Source of the DNA: Rhodothermales bacterium
Lineage (GTDB): Bacteria > Bacteroidota > Rhodothermia > Rhodothermales > VXPQ01
Assembly (NCBI GenBank): GCA_951812345.1
Contig: OX638295.1
Span: forward strand, 814,759 to 878,758
DNA: 64,000 nt
Reading direction: 5' to 3'
A program made the position numbers and the translations under genes. Below the pieces are notes generated by a model. That model was not told where the DNA came from and did not search any database. It saw only the letters and a program-made list of their open reading frames with translations. Positions 63,130-64,000 of the stretch are shown here, piece by piece; position 1 is the stretch's first letter; every line of letters starts with the position of its first letter.

Positions 63130-63909
63130 GTGCTCATGTACCGCCTTCTGAACGTCCTGAGGATATTCCGGCTGATGCTTTCGAGCACGTTGCGGGCAAA
63201 CCGCAAGGCTGCGGGTCTGGAGCGTACGGACGAGTTGCGGCGCCGGGCCCAACAGATTCACGAGGGGTGCGCGCAGATTTGCGAACTGGTGGGCATCCGC
63301 GTACGGCCGAAAGGAAAACTGCCGGATCGATCGGGCATGCTCGTGGTGGCGAATCACTTTGGCGTGCTTGACCCGGTCATTCTTGCTTCCGTGGCGCCCA
63401 TGGCGCCTGTTGCACGGGCCGATTTGCAGGCCTGGCCGTTTATTGGCAACGTCTCTATCTCACACGGCATGATTCCTGTGGACAGGGACCGCCGGACCGC
63501 CGCCGCTTCTTTTGTCAAACGGGTTGGCGAGCGGCTGGCGGCCGGGTTGAACGTGCTTGTTTTTCCGGAAGGGAATACCAGCGAGGAGCGCGCTATCCGC
63601 CCTTTCAAGACTGGCGCGTTCGAGGCTGTGGCCGGCAAGGCGGACGGTAGGGTGCTGCCCGTGTATCTGTCTCTTGAGCGTGTAGAGGACGAAGCGGCCA
63701 CCGAGGATGTACGCCGCCGTATCGTATGGCTGGAGCATACATCTTTTTGGGGGCACCTGTGGAGTCTGGCTGCGCTGCGGGGTCTGGAATACACGGTGCA
63801 TATCGGCGAGCCGATATCTGCCAAAGGACGGAATCGCAAGGAATTGGCACAACTTGCCCGCAATGCGGTTGAACAAATTCGGATATCGCTACATCCGGCC
63901 CGCACCTGA
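63130..63909 (+). CDS. 1-acyl-sn-glycerol-3-phosphate (lysophospholipid) acyltransferase
   Basis: 'VVANHFGVLDP' (HX4D) and 'VFPEGNTS'. Confidence 0.8.
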   Translation: MLMYRLLNVLRIFRLMLSSTLRANRKAAGLERTDELRRRAQQIHEGCAQICELVGIRVRPKGKLPDRSGMLVVANHFGVLDPVILASVAPMAPVARADLQAWPFIGNVSISHGMIPVDRDRRTAAASFVKRVGERLAAGLNVLVFPEGNTSEERAIRPFKTGAFEAVAGKADGRVLPVYLSLERVEDEAATEDVRRRIVWLEHTSFWGHLWSLAALRGLEYTVHIGEPISAKGRNRKELAQLARNAVEQIRISLHPART

Positions 63910-64000
63910 TCGGGTTTTCCATGAGTCTTTCACGAGGCCCGCGACGATGGTTGCGCCATGACCGACAAACAACTCAATAAGCGGTTGCGCACGAGCATCC

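Noticed and set aside
1-64000. Scan for rRNA, tRNA, tmRNA, CRISPR arrays, reverse transcriptases (retron/DGR) and integrase or att sites bounding the islets.
   Set aside because: I recognised none by eye. tRNA-sized structured RNAs could still be missed without tRNAscan/Infernal, so absence is provisional.
63959-64000. An ATG-initiated reading frame, 'MTDKQLNKRLRTSI', running off the right edge.
   Set aside because: Only 14 codons are visible, which is too little to call a gene or product.

Overview
High-GC (roughly 60-65% by eye) bacterial chromosomal segment. The gene content suggests a Rhodothermales/Bacteroidota-like organism, which is an inference: bacillithiol genes bshC and bshB1, an ECF-sigma/FecR/TonB-transducer cluster with a DUF4249-like lipoprotein, a DUF3276/PUR-like protein, and BamD. 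About two thirds of the window is ordinary housekeeping. This includes trmH-like, a PFK-containing sugar cluster, recX, hisD-hisC, leuS, efp, accB-accC, gcvH, guaA, bamD, nadD, glgP, prmC and plsC-like. Three accessory patches interrupt it. (1) 1-12.4 kb holds a single-chain type IIG restriction-modification enzyme with an internal low-GC patch, a low-GC pair of small genes, Phd-VapC, a frameshifted ankyrin gene, a class-II Fic protein, and two AAA+/DUF4143 ATPases with tandem operator-like repeats. (2) 24.8-30.4 kb holds an IS1595 relic, an IS3 element inserted into a low-GC HEPN-like (Rx4H) gene that follows a small beta-repeat protein gene, HipBA, a small membrane protein built from 33-bp coding repeats, and a PIN relic. 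(3) 42.1-44.4 kb holds a MITE-like repeat, a TacA/TacT-like GNAT module, and a paralog of the small repeat membrane protein. A ~260-bp element with inverted termini occurs in full, truncated and short copies. Its 18-bp terminal motif also occurs alone just upstream of several start codons. I saw no rRNA, tRNA or CRISPR array. All functional calls come from motif recognition by eye, with no searches run. The ORF track uses alternative start codons, so many starts were re-chosen and are approximate.
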